The position numbers and the translations under genes were made by a program. 64,000 nt of DNA, taken from positions 832,001 through 896,000 of the forward strand of contig CP147780.1 in the NCBI GenBank assembly GCA_037310415.1, in the 5' to 3' direction. Positions 1 to 10,018 of the stretch are shown here, in pieces (the first letter of the stretch is position 1; each line of letters opens with the position of its first letter). The notes below the pieces were generated by a model. It saw nothing but the letters and a program-made list of their open reading frames with translations, was not told the origin of the DNA and ran no database searches. The stretch is from Candidatus Atabeyarchaeum deiterrae (lineage in GTDB: Archaea > Asgardarchaeota > Atabeyarchaeia > Atabeyarchaeales > Atabeyarchaeaceae).

Positions 1-1
1 C

Positions 2-841
2 GCCCACCCAAGGCACATGAGCAGATACACCTCATTTGTGAGGGGGTTCTTTAGGGACAAGGGTGTGAAGGAGCGAAGTATTGTTGTGGTCGATTGTAGG
101 AGAACTGATACTGCTAAATTGGCGACTCACTTCATCCAAGTTGAACCCAACAGAGACTATGAGTTGCTCTCTGCTCTGAGAGCCGTAGTCAATGGTCACG
201 ATCTTTCGTCTGAGAAAGTCGCGGGCGTCCCCAGGGAACAGATAATCGAACTGGCTAACATGATGAAAAGCTCTGGATTTGGGATAATCTTCTTCGGTCA
301 AGGGCTGACCCAATCCGCCGGGAAACACAGGAACATCGACAATGCGATACAACTAACGACAGACCTAAACAAATTCACCAAGTTTTTGATCATGCCAATG
401 AGAGGTCACTATAACGTGACTGGTTTTGGCGTTGTTGCCTTATGGACGACAGGATACCCATTTGGTGTCGACTTTAGTAGAGGCTACCCAAGATATAATC
501 CGGGCGAAACAACAGCCAACGATGTCCTAATCAAAGAAGAAGTTGATGCGGCTTTAGTAGTAGCATCTGATCCAGTATCTCATTTTCCAAAGAAATCAAT
601 AGAGCACTTGGTGAAAATCCCGTTGATCGTAATAGAACCGCACCCTACGCCAACTACTGAACTCGCTGATGTGGTCATCCCTCCTGCGGTTTCAGGGGTG
701 GAGGTTGAAGGAACTGCGTACCGAATGGATAACGTACCAATACGACTAAGAAAAGTGGTAGATGCACCCGAAGGTCTCCTCCCAGACAGAGAAATCGTAC
801 GCAAGATACTTGAGAAAGTTCGAGAACTGAGAAAGAAGTAG
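2..841 (+). CDS. fwdB: Formylmethanofuran dehydrogenase subunit B (5' end outside window)
   Basis: Frame is open from the window edge (AHPRHMSRY). Motifs MRGHYNVTG, WTTGYPFGVDFSRGYPRYNPGET and GTAYRMDNVPI are present. Lies next to mtd and ftr. Confidence 0.93.
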   Translation, partial: AHPRHMSRYTSFVRGFFRDKGVKERSIVVVDCRRTDTAKLATHFIQVEPNRDYELLSALRAVVNGHDLSSEKVAGVPREQIIELANMMKSSGFGIIFFGQGLTQSAGKHRNIDNAIQLTTDLNKFTKFLIMPMRGHYNVTGFGVVALWTTGYPFGVDFSRGYPRYNPGETTANDVLIKEEVDAALVVASDPVSHFPKKSIEHLVKIPLIVIEPHPTPTTELADVVIPPAVSGVEVEGTAYRMDNVPIRLRKVVDAPEGLLPDREIVRKILEKVRELRKK

Positions 842-1115
842 GTATCGTCTGGGTAAGGGTCGTAATAGAGGTAACAGTTGGTTTGCCTCTACCCATCATT
901 TTCTCATATCCTCTTTTTCTAGACAGATCAGACTCCTATACCCTTCCTTGGCAAACCCTTTCCATGAGAAGCTGCTAGGCCGGGAACCACATTTCACGAC
1001 CGGGTTCTGGGAGTTCATGGCTACAATATGGCTATAGCTAGCGAACAAAATGGTTAATTATAAGCAATGATAAAGGATAAAGGAGAACGTGATCCTGGAG
1101 GAGGACTTGAATGAA

Positions 1116-1967
1116 ATGTCGACGCCGAGTGCCGAGGAAGTCATCAAGATAGGTGTTTTGAAACTTGGAAACATTGGTATATCTCCTCTACTTGACCTGA
1201 TAATGGATGAGCGAGCCGACAGAGGAGACATTGACATTAGAGTTGTCGGGAGCGGACCAAAACTTACTCCCGAGCAGTCCGAAGAAGCTGCTAGGAAGAT
1301 GATAGAACTCAATCCTAGACTTGTGATAGTTTCTAGCCCCAACGCAACTCTGCCGGGTCCAGCCAGAGCTAGAGAATTGTTGTTGGGAGCGAAGATACCG
1401 ACCATCTCATTGAGTGACGCGCCTGGGAAGAAAGCCACCAAGGAAATCGAGGAAAAGGGACAAGGATACATTATGCTTCTAGGAGATCCCTTGATCGGTG
1501 CTCGCAGAGAGTTTCTTGACTCTGTTGAAATGGCTCTGTTCAACGCTGATGCCATAAAAATACTATCCATAACTGGTGCCTTCAGGCTCATAATGAGGGC
1601 AGTTGACAGCGCAATTCAGCAGATCAAGGAGAGAAGGCCTCTTCAGTTGCCTAGGATAGTGGTTGACAGTAGGACCGCAGTCAACTCAGCTGAATTCAAG
1701 AACCCGTATGCACGTGCCCGTGCTATAGCTGCTTATGAGATGGCTGGCAAGGTTGCTGAACTTAACACTCAGGCATGCTTCATAATTAAGGAACCGCAGG
1801 AATATATTCAGATGGCTACTGCAGCTCATGAAATGATGAGACAAGCTGCTTTGCTGGCCGAAGCGGCAAGAGAGATGGAGAAATCTGGAGACAGCGTCTA
1901 TAGGCAACCGCACAAACGAGATGGCACCCTAGTCAGCAAGACTTCATTGATGGAGAAACCACAATAG
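1116..1967 (+). CDS. mtd: F420-dependent methylene-H4MPT dehydrogenase
   Basis: Motifs KLGNIG, DERADRGDI, SPNATLPGP and IGARREFLD.VEMALFNAD. ATG follows GGAGGAGG. Confidence 0.93.
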   Translation: MSTPSAEEVIKIGVLKLGNIGISPLLDLIMDERADRGDIDIRVVGSGPKLTPEQSEEAARKMIELNPRLVIVSSPNATLPGPARARELLLGAKIPTISLSDAPGKKATKEIEEKGQGYIMLLGDPLIGARREFLDSVEMALFNADAIKILSITGAFRLIMRAVDSAIQQIKERRPLQLPRIVVDSRTAVNSAEFKNPYARARAIAAYEMAGKVAELNTQACFIIKEPQEYIQMATAAHEMMRQAALLAEAAREMEKSGDSVYRQPHKRDGTLVSKTSLMEKPQ

Positions 1968-2127
1968 GATGCTTTTCTCCATTTCCGCTCCCATAGTTTT
2001 TTGTGAGTACTCGAATCTATACCGCGGTTGGCAAAGCTTGGAAATGAAACTCTCCAATCTCTAAATCTGAGATATTCGAGAGGAAATGCAGAAATCAAAT
2101 TCATTACAAGGAGTTGAGGTTAGTCGT

Positions 2128-3039
2128 ATGTCTTTCCTAAAATTAGGTAAAGTCGAGGTAGAAGACACCTTCGCTGAAGCTTTCGATATCTGGTTAAGTC
2201 GAATACTTATCACCGCTAAGAATGAGAAATGGGCTCTCGAAGGAGGTAGCTGCGCAGTAGGTTTCGCGACATCGATAATCTTCTGCCCAGCGGAAGCGGG
2301 GATAGAGAGAACGGTGAGTTCAAAGGAGACCCCTGATAGTCGCCCTGGAGTAATTGTCCAGATCTGTCATCCTAGTAAGAAGAAGCTCGAGGAGCAAGTG
2401 CTGGAAAGGGTGACACAATGCATGCTGACATGTCCAACGACCGCAGTGTTCAATGCTCTAGCTGGTGGCGAACTTGTCTTCGATACGGGCAAGAAAACCA
2501 AGTTCTTCGGAGATGGCTTTGAGAGCAAAGGCGAGCTAGCTGGAAGGGCTATTTGGCATGTCCCGGTTATGGAAGGCGATTTCGTCATAGAGGAAAACTT
2601 TGCGGCCAAGAAAGGGGTTGGTGGCGGAAACATGTTGATCCTCGGCAAGACACTAGATGCAGCTCTTGAGGCAGCTGAAGCGGCAACAAAGGCTATACAC
2701 AAAGTGGAAGGAGTCATAACACCCTTCCCAGGCGGGATCTGCCGATCAGGCTCCAAGATGGGATCGCTGAAGTACGCCAAGTTCCTAAAAGCGTCTACTA
2801 ATCACCCTTTCTGTCCGACTCTTCGAGGCAAGACACCTGACTTCAAACTGCCCGATGGTGTTCAGTCAGTCTACGAGATAGTGATGGACGGGCTATCCAT
2901 CGAGAGCATCAAGAACGCAACCATCGCTGGAGTCAAAGCAGCAGCGCAAATTGATAATGTAAAGCGAATAACAGCCGCAAACTACGGGGGAACATTGGGG
3001 CCTCACAAGATATACTTGAAGGATGCTTTGAGCCAATAG
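2128..3039 (+). CDS. ftr: Formylmethanofuran:H4MPT formyltransferase
   Basis: Motifs EDTFAEAF, GFATSII.CPAEAGIE, QC.LTCPTT, FFGDGF, GVGGGN, FPGGICRSGSK and NYGG.LG. Confidence 0.95.
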   Translation: MSFLKLGKVEVEDTFAEAFDIWLSRILITAKNEKWALEGGSCAVGFATSIIFCPAEAGIERTVSSKETPDSRPGVIVQICHPSKKKLEEQVLERVTQCMLTCPTTAVFNALAGGELVFDTGKKTKFFGDGFESKGELAGRAIWHVPVMEGDFVIEENFAAKKGVGGGNMLILGKTLDAALEAAEAATKAIHKVEGVITPFPGGICRSGSKMGSLKYAKFLKASTNHPFCPTLRGKTPDFKLPDGVQSVYEIVMDGLSIESIKNATIAGVKAAAQIDNVKRITAANYGGTLGPHKIYLKDALSQ

Positions 3040-3210
3040 AGGTTCTCCATACCTCGACCACCACTTTTTTTGGCACAGGGAAGGATGAGGTCGGGGACGA
3101 AGGCAATAATGCAGACAGAAAATCGGGAACGATAGAGGACTTGATGAGATAAGGACGAAGAAGGACTTTATGAACTGCATCGATAGCTCAAGGAAGAAGG
3201 AGGTGATAAA

Positions 3211-3585
3211 GTGGGAGTTAGGATTGTGGTTCCGACTGTAGATGAAAGTGGTCTGAGCGCTCAATTAGCAGGCCATTTCGGGAGGGCGCCTTATTTTGCC
3301 GTAATCGAGTTGGACGAGAGCAATGAGGTTTCAAACGTAAGAACCGTTAAGAATGTCGGCGAGCATTTTGGCGGAGGAGGACATGCTCATGAAGCGATTT
3401 TGCAGCAGAAACCAAGTGCCATCATAGTTCGTGGGATGGGTCCAAGAGGTCTAAGTAGTTTCCAAGACGCAGGAGTAGCAGTCCTGAGGGCCAACGCGAA
3501 CACGGTCAAAGAAGTGATTGACGCATACAAGGATGATAGGCTTCAGGAACTCACAGAGGGATGCCGTGAGGCGCAGCACAAGTGA
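3211..3585 (+). CDS. NifB/NifX-family (FeMo-cofactor-binding-like) protein
   Basis: Motifs HFGRAPYF and GMGPR. GGAGGTGA RBS before the GTG start. Confidence 0.85.
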   Translation: MGVRIVVPTVDESGLSAQLAGHFGRAPYFAVIELDESNEVSNVRTVKNVGEHFGGGGHAHEAILQQKPSAIIVRGMGPRGLSSFQDAGVAVLRANANTVKEVIDAYKDDRLQELTEGCREAQHK

Positions 3586-4019
3586 TTTAGTCTCGGTTTA
3601 CCGTTGAGACTGCCCTAGAAGAGATACGTCAGGCTGCGCGCCTTTGGTTTCAAATTGGTGGGTGGCATTAAGTTAAATCCGCAATCCCCCAAAGAGATTG
3701 AAGGAATTGGCAAAGTAGTTAGAAGATGTAGGAGAACTAGACTCAAATACTGCCAAGTACTGCAGTCTTGCAGTATTTCCTCCTGATTGCACTCCTGTAA
3801 GAGATGTTACTACGAAGGGGAGAGTTGGTACCATCTCTTCGATGGATCAAAGGCTTTCGTTCTCTCAGGGTTCTATTGCCTATTCTGTCGATTCTCATGT
3901 GACAAAAGTTTAAAATAAGGTAGGCTCAAGTGGTCTCTGATTCTACTACCAATTATCGTTGAAAAAAGAGATAGTACGACACTTTTCGTTATAAGGGTTT
4001 GAAGGAGGCTAATCATCGG

Positions 4020-6368
4020 ATGGCAAAAAACTCTGCAAGGCTGAAGGCGAATGAAATCCAATCTAGTTTTGGAGTCATAAAGGGCTTGGACCTCAGCATA
4101 GGCAAGATAGTCACTGAAGAGGAAGCCGAATGGGAACCAATGGGTCCAACCCCGTATCCTGCGGTTGAGACTTTGCGTTCATGGGATCACAAATTACTAG
4201 CTAGATACAGACCATTCTACACTCCGATCTGTGATATGTGTTGCCTCTGTACGATGGGCAAGTGTGACCTGACAGCAGGCAAGAAGGGGGCGTGCGGCAT
4301 AAACATAGGTACTCAGCAGGCTCGAATGTCACTGATGGCAGGGCTTCAAGGTTGCACCGCTCACCTTGCCCATGCTAGGCACTTAACGGAACATCTTATC
4401 AAGAAATTTGGTGCCTCTGCACCTATTTCACTTGGAACTGAAATAAACGTCGAAGCTCCTAACATGAGACTGATTCTGGGGACAAAGCCAAGGACACTCG
4501 AAGATCTCGAAGAGGGATTATCATACTGCGAGCGCGAGGTAACGCAGTTGCTGGCTGCTACTCACACTGGACAAGAAGGTAGCAGCTTGGACTATGAGTC
4601 GAAACTTCTCCATGCAGGCATGATAGATATGCTTGGCATGGAAATCGCAGACATAGCCCAAATCTCAGCTTATGGTTTCCCCAAAGGGGCACCCGATGCT
4701 CCATTAGTTGATTGTGGAATGGGTACCGTAGACGCAGCAAAACCTATGATTCTCTGTGTAGGACACAACGTTGCATCAGGTGTTGAGGTAGTTGACTACC
4801 TGCGTGCAAACAAATTGGATGAAAAAATCGAAGTCGGCGCAATTTGTTGCACGGCACATGATCTGACAAGGTACTACACAAGGGCGAGAGTTGTAGGTCC
4901 CCTTAACCAGCAATTGAGATTCATAAGGTCGGGCGTTGCAGACGTAATAATGACTGACGAGCAATGCGTAAGAACAGATATCCCTGAGGAAGCACAGGCT
5001 GTCAAGGCGCCTGTTATCGCCACCAATTCAAAGATATGCTATGGATTCCCAGATCGTACTAGCGATTCAGCTGATCAGATAGTTAAAGACGTAACTTCAG
5101 GGGCCCAGAATGGTGTGCTGATACTAGACCCGTACAAGGCTGCTGAAGTAGCTGTCAGAGTAGCCGTGAATATCGCACCCAAGAGAGCCAAGTTCAAAGT
5201 ATTGCCTGATTCAAACAAAATTGTTGAGATCGCCAAAGGTTGTACAGGTTGCCAGAGTTGCCGGAGAGCATGTCCGAATGATCTACATACCGACGAGGCT
5301 GTGCAGGCGGCCAAGAAGGGAGATGTCAGCAAACTGTCTGACTTGTACGAGTACTGTATTGGGTGTGGAAAGTGTGAGCAAGCCTGTAATAAGGACATAC
5401 CAGTGACAAGTCTGATCGCAGTGGCTGCAGAACGGAAGATCAAGGAAGAGAAGTTCAAGATGCGAAGCGGACGAGGTCCTGTACTCGACACAGAGATTCG
5501 AAACGTGGGCTCACCGATCGTGCTGGGAGAAATACCTGGCATAGTACTGTTTGCTGGGTGCTCCAATTATCCCAACCACTTGGATGTCGGTGTGATGGCG
5601 GCAGAGTTCTTAAAACGAGGCTTCATAGTTACAGCCACAGGCTGCTCTGCAATGGACATATCAAGATACAAGACGGAAGATGGAAAGTCGCTCTATGAGG
5701 AATATCCAGGTGACTTCGACAGAGGTTGCCTGTCGAACATTGGTTCATGCGTAGCGAACTCGCATGTCGCTGGAGCGGCCATAAAAGTCGCAAGTATCTT
5801 TGCAAGGAGACCACTAAGAGGGAATTATGAAGAGTTAGCTGACTACGTCTTGAATCGCGTAGGGGCAGTTGGAATCGTGTGGGGAACTTATAGTCAAAAA
5901 GCTGTTTCGATTGGAACGGGAGCCAACAGGCTTGGTGTTCCAGTAATACTAGGTCCTCACGGCAGTAAGTACAGACGGATGTACCTGGGACGCGCAGACA
6001 AAGACGAAGACTGGATGGTCTACGATGCAAGAACAGGCAACAAGACCTATGTGGGACCGGTTCCTGAGCACCTGCTATACGCTGCCGAGTCAAAGGAAGA
6101 GGCCATGGTAATGGGAATGAAGCTTTGTCTAAGGGCCAACGACACATTCAAAGGACGAAGCGTCAAGTTGTCCCACTATATAGACATGACAAGAAAATTC
6201 TTAGGCAAGGATTACCCAGACGACATTCACAAGTTCGTTCGAATCGAGTCAGACATCCCCCTAGTGTACAAGGAAGACTTGACGAAGATACTCAAGAGCA
6301 AAGGCTGGAAAGAATCAACGATACCAGACCCAACATTGCTTAAGCGACTCGTAAGAACACAGGGATAA
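4020..6368 (+). CDS. cdhA: CODH/ACS complex alpha subunit (CO dehydrogenase)
   Basis: Motifs CDMCCLCTMGKCDL, CVGHN, ICCTAHD, DEQC, two CxxCxxC ferredoxin motifs and GSCVANSH. Confidence 0.96.
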   Translation: MAKNSARLKANEIQSSFGVIKGLDLSIGKIVTEEEAEWEPMGPTPYPAVETLRSWDHKLLARYRPFYTPICDMCCLCTMGKCDLTAGKKGACGINIGTQQARMSLMAGLQGCTAHLAHARHLTEHLIKKFGASAPISLGTEINVEAPNMRLILGTKPRTLEDLEEGLSYCEREVTQLLAATHTGQEGSSLDYESKLLHAGMIDMLGMEIADIAQISAYGFPKGAPDAPLVDCGMGTVDAAKPMILCVGHNVASGVEVVDYLRANKLDEKIEVGAICCTAHDLTRYYTRARVVGPLNQQLRFIRSGVADVIMTDEQCVRTDIPEEAQAVKAPVIATNSKICYGFPDRTSDSADQIVKDVTSGAQNGVLILDPYKAAEVAVRVAVNIAPKRAKFKVLPDSNKIVEIAKGCTGCQSCRRACPNDLHTDEAVQAAKKGDVSKLSDLYEYCIGCGKCEQACNKDIPVTSLIAVAAERKIKEEKFKMRSGRGPVLDTEIRNVGSPIVLGEIPGIVLFAGCSNYPNHLDVGVMAAEFLKRGFIVTATGCSAMDISRYKTEDGKSLYEEYPGDFDRGCLSNIGSCVANSHVAGAAIKVASIFARRPLRGNYEELADYVLNRVGAVGIVWGTYSQKAVSIGTGANRLGVPVILGPHGSKYRRMYLGRADKDEDWMVYDARTGNKTYVGPVPEHLLYAAESKEEAMVMGMKLCLRANDTFKGRSVKLSHYIDMTRKFLGKDYPDDIHKFVRIESDIPLVYKEDLTKILKSKGWKESTIPDPTLLKRLVRTQG

Positions 6369-6395
6369 GTTTAGAGAGAAAGAGGTGAATGAGAG

Positions 6396-6932
6396 TTGTC
6401 CGTATTACCTTGGCAAACTGCAAATGTTCCAGGACCAAAGGTTGCAAGCAGCCTGAAAGGCGAGGTTGCAGGTAAACTCATGCAAAAAGCGAAGCGACCG
6501 CTTCTAATTGTAGGGATGGACTCAGTAAAAACAGAAGTCAATGGGAAGAAACTGATAGATTACGCCATACAACTGGGGAAAGCTGGAATCAGAATATGTG
6601 CAACTGCTCACATGTACAAGGAGTTCTCTGAACGAGGCTACAAAGTCGAGGCAGACATGCCAGTGATGAACATAACTGATAGATTGAAAGACCCTGAATG
6701 GAAAGGCATTGACGGGAAAGGAGGACACGATCTCGCAGTCTTCCTCGGAGTTCCCTATTACCTTGAGTCACAGATGCTCTCAACGCTGAAGCATTTTGCA
6801 CCCAGTCTAACTACAATCGCTCTTGATGCACAGTTTCAGCCCAATGCTAAGTGGTCATTTCCAAATCTCAAGGACAAAGACTTCGAAACAGAGTTAACAA
6901 ACATGATGACTGCTTTGAAAGAGAGAAGCTAG
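6396..6932 (+). CDS. cdhB: CODH/ACS complex epsilon subunit
   Basis: Motifs KAKRPLLIVG, LKDPEWKGIDGKG.HDL and QPNA.WSFPN. Follows cdhA. Confidence 0.93.
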   Translation: MSVLPWQTANVPGPKVASSLKGEVAGKLMQKAKRPLLIVGMDSVKTEVNGKKLIDYAIQLGKAGIRICATAHMYKEFSERGYKVEADMPVMNITDRLKDPEWKGIDGKGGHDLAVFLGVPYYLESQMLSTLKHFAPSLTTIALDAQFQPNAKWSFPNLKDKDFETELTNMMTALKERS

Positions 6933-7310
6933 GTCTCTTTCATCATGAGCCAGTCAATTCCTTCCTTTTTCTTTTCTTAGTTCTCGTATTCTGAGCATTC
7001 TAGGTCAGACTTTTCTCCTTGGGAATGCATTGACTTTCCAAAGCCTTTGTAAACACTATGTAGAAGAATGGTTTTCCGACCTTTCTTAAAAAGCTACGAA
7101 CAAGTTTTCAAATATAATCGGTCAGAGATAATTCGGTTTAGATAACGCTGTCAAGTGGATTGTGGAATTCATATATCCGAAAACCTGAACTACTATAAAC
7201 TTATAAGGATTGAGCAATTCTGTTTGAAATAGTCTTCCGATTGTTATGCTCACAATAAACAATAAATAAACTCATCCAAAGTCCGATTAGCTTACGGAGA
7301 GTGACGAGAA

Positions 7311-8726
7311 TTGAGTTCAAAAGGAATGTTTTCAGACATACCTGTCGACGTTGGAGTCGTATATGAAGGCGAACGTATTAGGTCCCAACAGATGCAAGTT
7401 GAACTTGGGGGGCCGAGTGAGGAAAAGAAATTCGAACTAGTGCAAGCACGGAAACCAGAGGAGATCGAAGACGGCAAGTTCATCGTCATTGGACCCGACA
7501 TCAAAGACATGAAAGAAGGCGCACATTATCCACTCGGCATTCTAGTAGAAGTGTCAGGGAAAGAAGTCGAGAGGGATCTCGAATCGGTCATTGAGCGAAG
7601 AATACACCAATATACGAACTACGTCCAAGGATTAATGCACCTAAACCAAAGATACGACATTTGGCTTAGGCTAAGCAAAGACTCATTTAAGAAAGGCTTC
7701 AACTCCTTCAAATTTCTCGGGAAAGTCCTACAGAAACTCTACAGAGCCGAGCTTCCGATAATAGAGAAAACTCAGGTTACGTTCATCACAGATCCAGAGA
7801 AAATCAAGGACTGGTATGAAAAGGCGCTGCAGATCTACGAAGCTCGAGACGCCAGGGCCCGGAAACTCAAGGAATCTGAAGTGAAGGAGTTCTACGGTTG
7901 CGTGCTATGCCAATCGTTTGCTCCCACCCATGTCTGCGTTATCACTCCAGAGAGAGTATCTCTTTGTGGTTCAATCAACTGGTTCGACGCTAGAGCCGCA
8001 GCACGAGTCGACCCCAAAGGTCCAAACTTCATGATTCCAAAAGGTGAACTCATTGATCCCGAGCACGGAGAATACTCTGGCGCAAACGAAGCTGCAAACA
8101 AGAAATCGCTGGGCGGCATTAAGAAAATCTGGCTGCACAGCATGTTCGGACATCCACACACATCATGTGGTTGTTTTGAGTCGATTGCCTTCTATATCCC
8201 CGAAGTTGATGGCGTGGGAATTGTTGACAGACACTACAAAGGTAACGCGGTTAACGGTCTACCGTTCTCTTCCATGGCTAACGAAACTGGTGGGGGAAAA
8301 CAGGTTGAGGGCTTTGTAGGCATCGCAATCGAGTACATGCGTTCACCAAGCTTCTTCAAAGCCGACGGAGGATGGAATAGAGTAGTTTGGCTACCTTCAG
8401 CCGTGAAGGATAGAGTCAAGGACGCTATACCAGGAGAACTAAAAGACAAGATTGCTACAGAGAAGGATGCTAACAGCATACAGGAACTAAAGAACTTCCT
8501 GAAGACAAAGAACCACCCAGTGGTCTCGAGATGGTCTGCTGAAGAAGCGGCAAAAGCACCTGCAGTTGCAGAAACTGCAGTAGCTCCGGAAGCAATGCAA
8601 CCAGCTATGATGGGTTCGACAATAACGCTTCCTGTAGGTGGCGGTGGGGCTTTTGGCGGTTACAGATTGACACTGAAAAACGTCAAGATCGTAGCTAAGA
8701 AGCTGATCCTGAAAAAAGCAAAGTGA
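7311..8726 (+). CDS. cdhC: Acetyl-CoA synthase beta subunit
   Basis: A-cluster motifs FYGCVLCQSFAPTHVC and PHTSCGCFE; ADGGWNRVVW. Confidence 0.96.
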   Translation: MSSKGMFSDIPVDVGVVYEGERIRSQQMQVELGGPSEEKKFELVQARKPEEIEDGKFIVIGPDIKDMKEGAHYPLGILVEVSGKEVERDLESVIERRIHQYTNYVQGLMHLNQRYDIWLRLSKDSFKKGFNSFKFLGKVLQKLYRAELPIIEKTQVTFITDPEKIKDWYEKALQIYEARDARARKLKESEVKEFYGCVLCQSFAPTHVCVITPERVSLCGSINWFDARAAARVDPKGPNFMIPKGELIDPEHGEYSGANEAANKKSLGGIKKIWLHSMFGHPHTSCGCFESIAFYIPEVDGVGIVDRHYKGNAVNGLPFSSMANETGGGKQVEGFVGIAIEYMRSPSFFKADGGWNRVVWLPSAVKDRVKDAIPGELKDKIATEKDANSIQELKNFLKTKNHPVVSRWSAEEAAKAPAVAETAVAPEAMQPAMMGSTITLPVGGGGAFGGYRLTLKNVKIVAKKLILKKAK

Positions 8727-8791
8727 ATCGATAAAAGGACAACATATACCCACAGCAAAAGAGAACTGAGAAAAGGAGGAGAACTGGGAAT

Positions 8792-9994
8792 ATGCCAAAA
8801 GAAGAGATCGAGAAATTGGGTGAAGCCCTGCTCAAAGCACTTCACGAAGCTAATGAGCTGACTCTGGAAGACGCTGAGATCAACGCTGAGGAGCTTATTG
8901 TCGATCTAGTTCCTTTTGTTGGAGCCGCTGTTGGATCAACTACACAACTCGCACCCTCTTTAGGTGTCGGGGCTCCCGCAGTGTTGAAATATCTTGAGGC
9001 ACCTTTCCAAGCACCAAAACTTGATTTCTCTGGGAAAATTAATGAAGTAAGGTATGGTGGTTCAAAGACCCGCAAGAAGGTTGTCATAGGCGGGGAAACT
9101 ACCCTGCCGTTCTACAGGTTCATGGCTCCTGCGCCGCATAGACCTGCTGTGACGTTCGACATCTTCGACATGCCACAACATCTTCCCAAACCGATTCGAG
9201 TGAACTTCGAAGAGGTGATGGAGGATGCAGGGGAATGGGCGAAACGCGCTGTTCAAAGGTTCGGAGCAGATGCCGTGACCATACACCTCGTAAGCACCGA
9301 CCCTTACATCAAGGATACCTCTGCTCAGGAAGCAGCTAAAACAGTAGAAAAAGTTCTACAAGCAGTAGATGTGCCAGTGCTGATTGGTGGGTCAGGTAAC
9401 AAGGAGAAGGATCCAGTGATCCTTGAGAAGGCGGCTGAAGTCGCTCAGGGAGAAAGAGTCTCACTTAACTCGGCCGCACTCGACCTGGACTACAAGAGGA
9501 TAGCTCGTGCTGCAAAGAAAAATGATCAAATCGTCCTATCTTGGACTCAGCTTGACATGAATAACCAGAAGAAGCTGAACACTCTGCTATTAGACGAGGG
9601 TTTGCCACAGGATCAGATTGTAATGGATCCGACTTGCGCCGCTCTTGGCTATGGTCTTGAGTACTCGTTCAGCATCTATGAACGTATCAGAATAGCAGCT
9701 CTTAAAGGAGACACGGTACTCGCGAACCCTATGAGTGCTGGAGCAACTAATGCTTGGGGTGCAAGAGAAGCTTGGATGAGTGAAAAGAAGGTTCCAGCTT
9801 GGGGTCCAAGCGAGCTGAGGGGTACGCTGTGGGAAGCGATAACCAGTCTGACCCTGTGCTTGGCAGGTTGCAACATATTCATGATGTTGCACCCAGGCAG
9901 TGTCAGAATGTTCAAGACAATGGTTGACAACCTCACAGCTGAGCCAAAGACCTTAGCTTCATCAATTGAAAACTGGATCGCAATGAGATCCTGA
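8792..9994 (+). CDS. cdhD: Corrinoid Fe-S protein small (delta) subunit
   Basis: Motifs IGGSGN.EKDP, MDPTCAALGYGLEY, NAWGAREAW and MMLHP. Confidence 0.95.
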   Translation: MPKEEIEKLGEALLKALHEANELTLEDAEINAEELIVDLVPFVGAAVGSTTQLAPSLGVGAPAVLKYLEAPFQAPKLDFSGKINEVRYGGSKTRKKVVIGGETTLPFYRFMAPAPHRPAVTFDIFDMPQHLPKPIRVNFEEVMEDAGEWAKRAVQRFGADAVTIHLVSTDPYIKDTSAQEAAKTVEKVLQAVDVPVLIGGSGNKEKDPVILEKAAEVAQGERVSLNSAALDLDYKRIARAAKKNDQIVLSWTQLDMNNQKKLNTLLLDEGLPQDQIVMDPTCAALGYGLEYSFSIYERIRIAALKGDTVLANPMSAGATNAWGAREAWMSEKKVPAWGPSELRGTLWEAITSLTLCLAGCNIFMMLHPGSVRMFKTMVDNLTAEPKTLASSIENWIAMRS

Positions 9995-10018
9995 AACACA
10001 GGAGGTTGCTATTAACAC

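Noticed and set aside
855-902. AUGAU...CGAC SECIS-like hairpin on the minus strand
   Set aside because: It is antisense to fwdB and has no plausible minus-strand gene upstream. The same stem folds at least as well on the + strand.
970-1045. Minus-strand CCCAGAACCCGG resembling part of 5S rRNA
   Set aside because: The remaining 5S helices and conserved motifs are absent.
3589-3790. Several short hairpins upstream of cdhA
   Set aside because: No tRNA cloverleaf or recognisable RNA family; compatible with terminators or chance.
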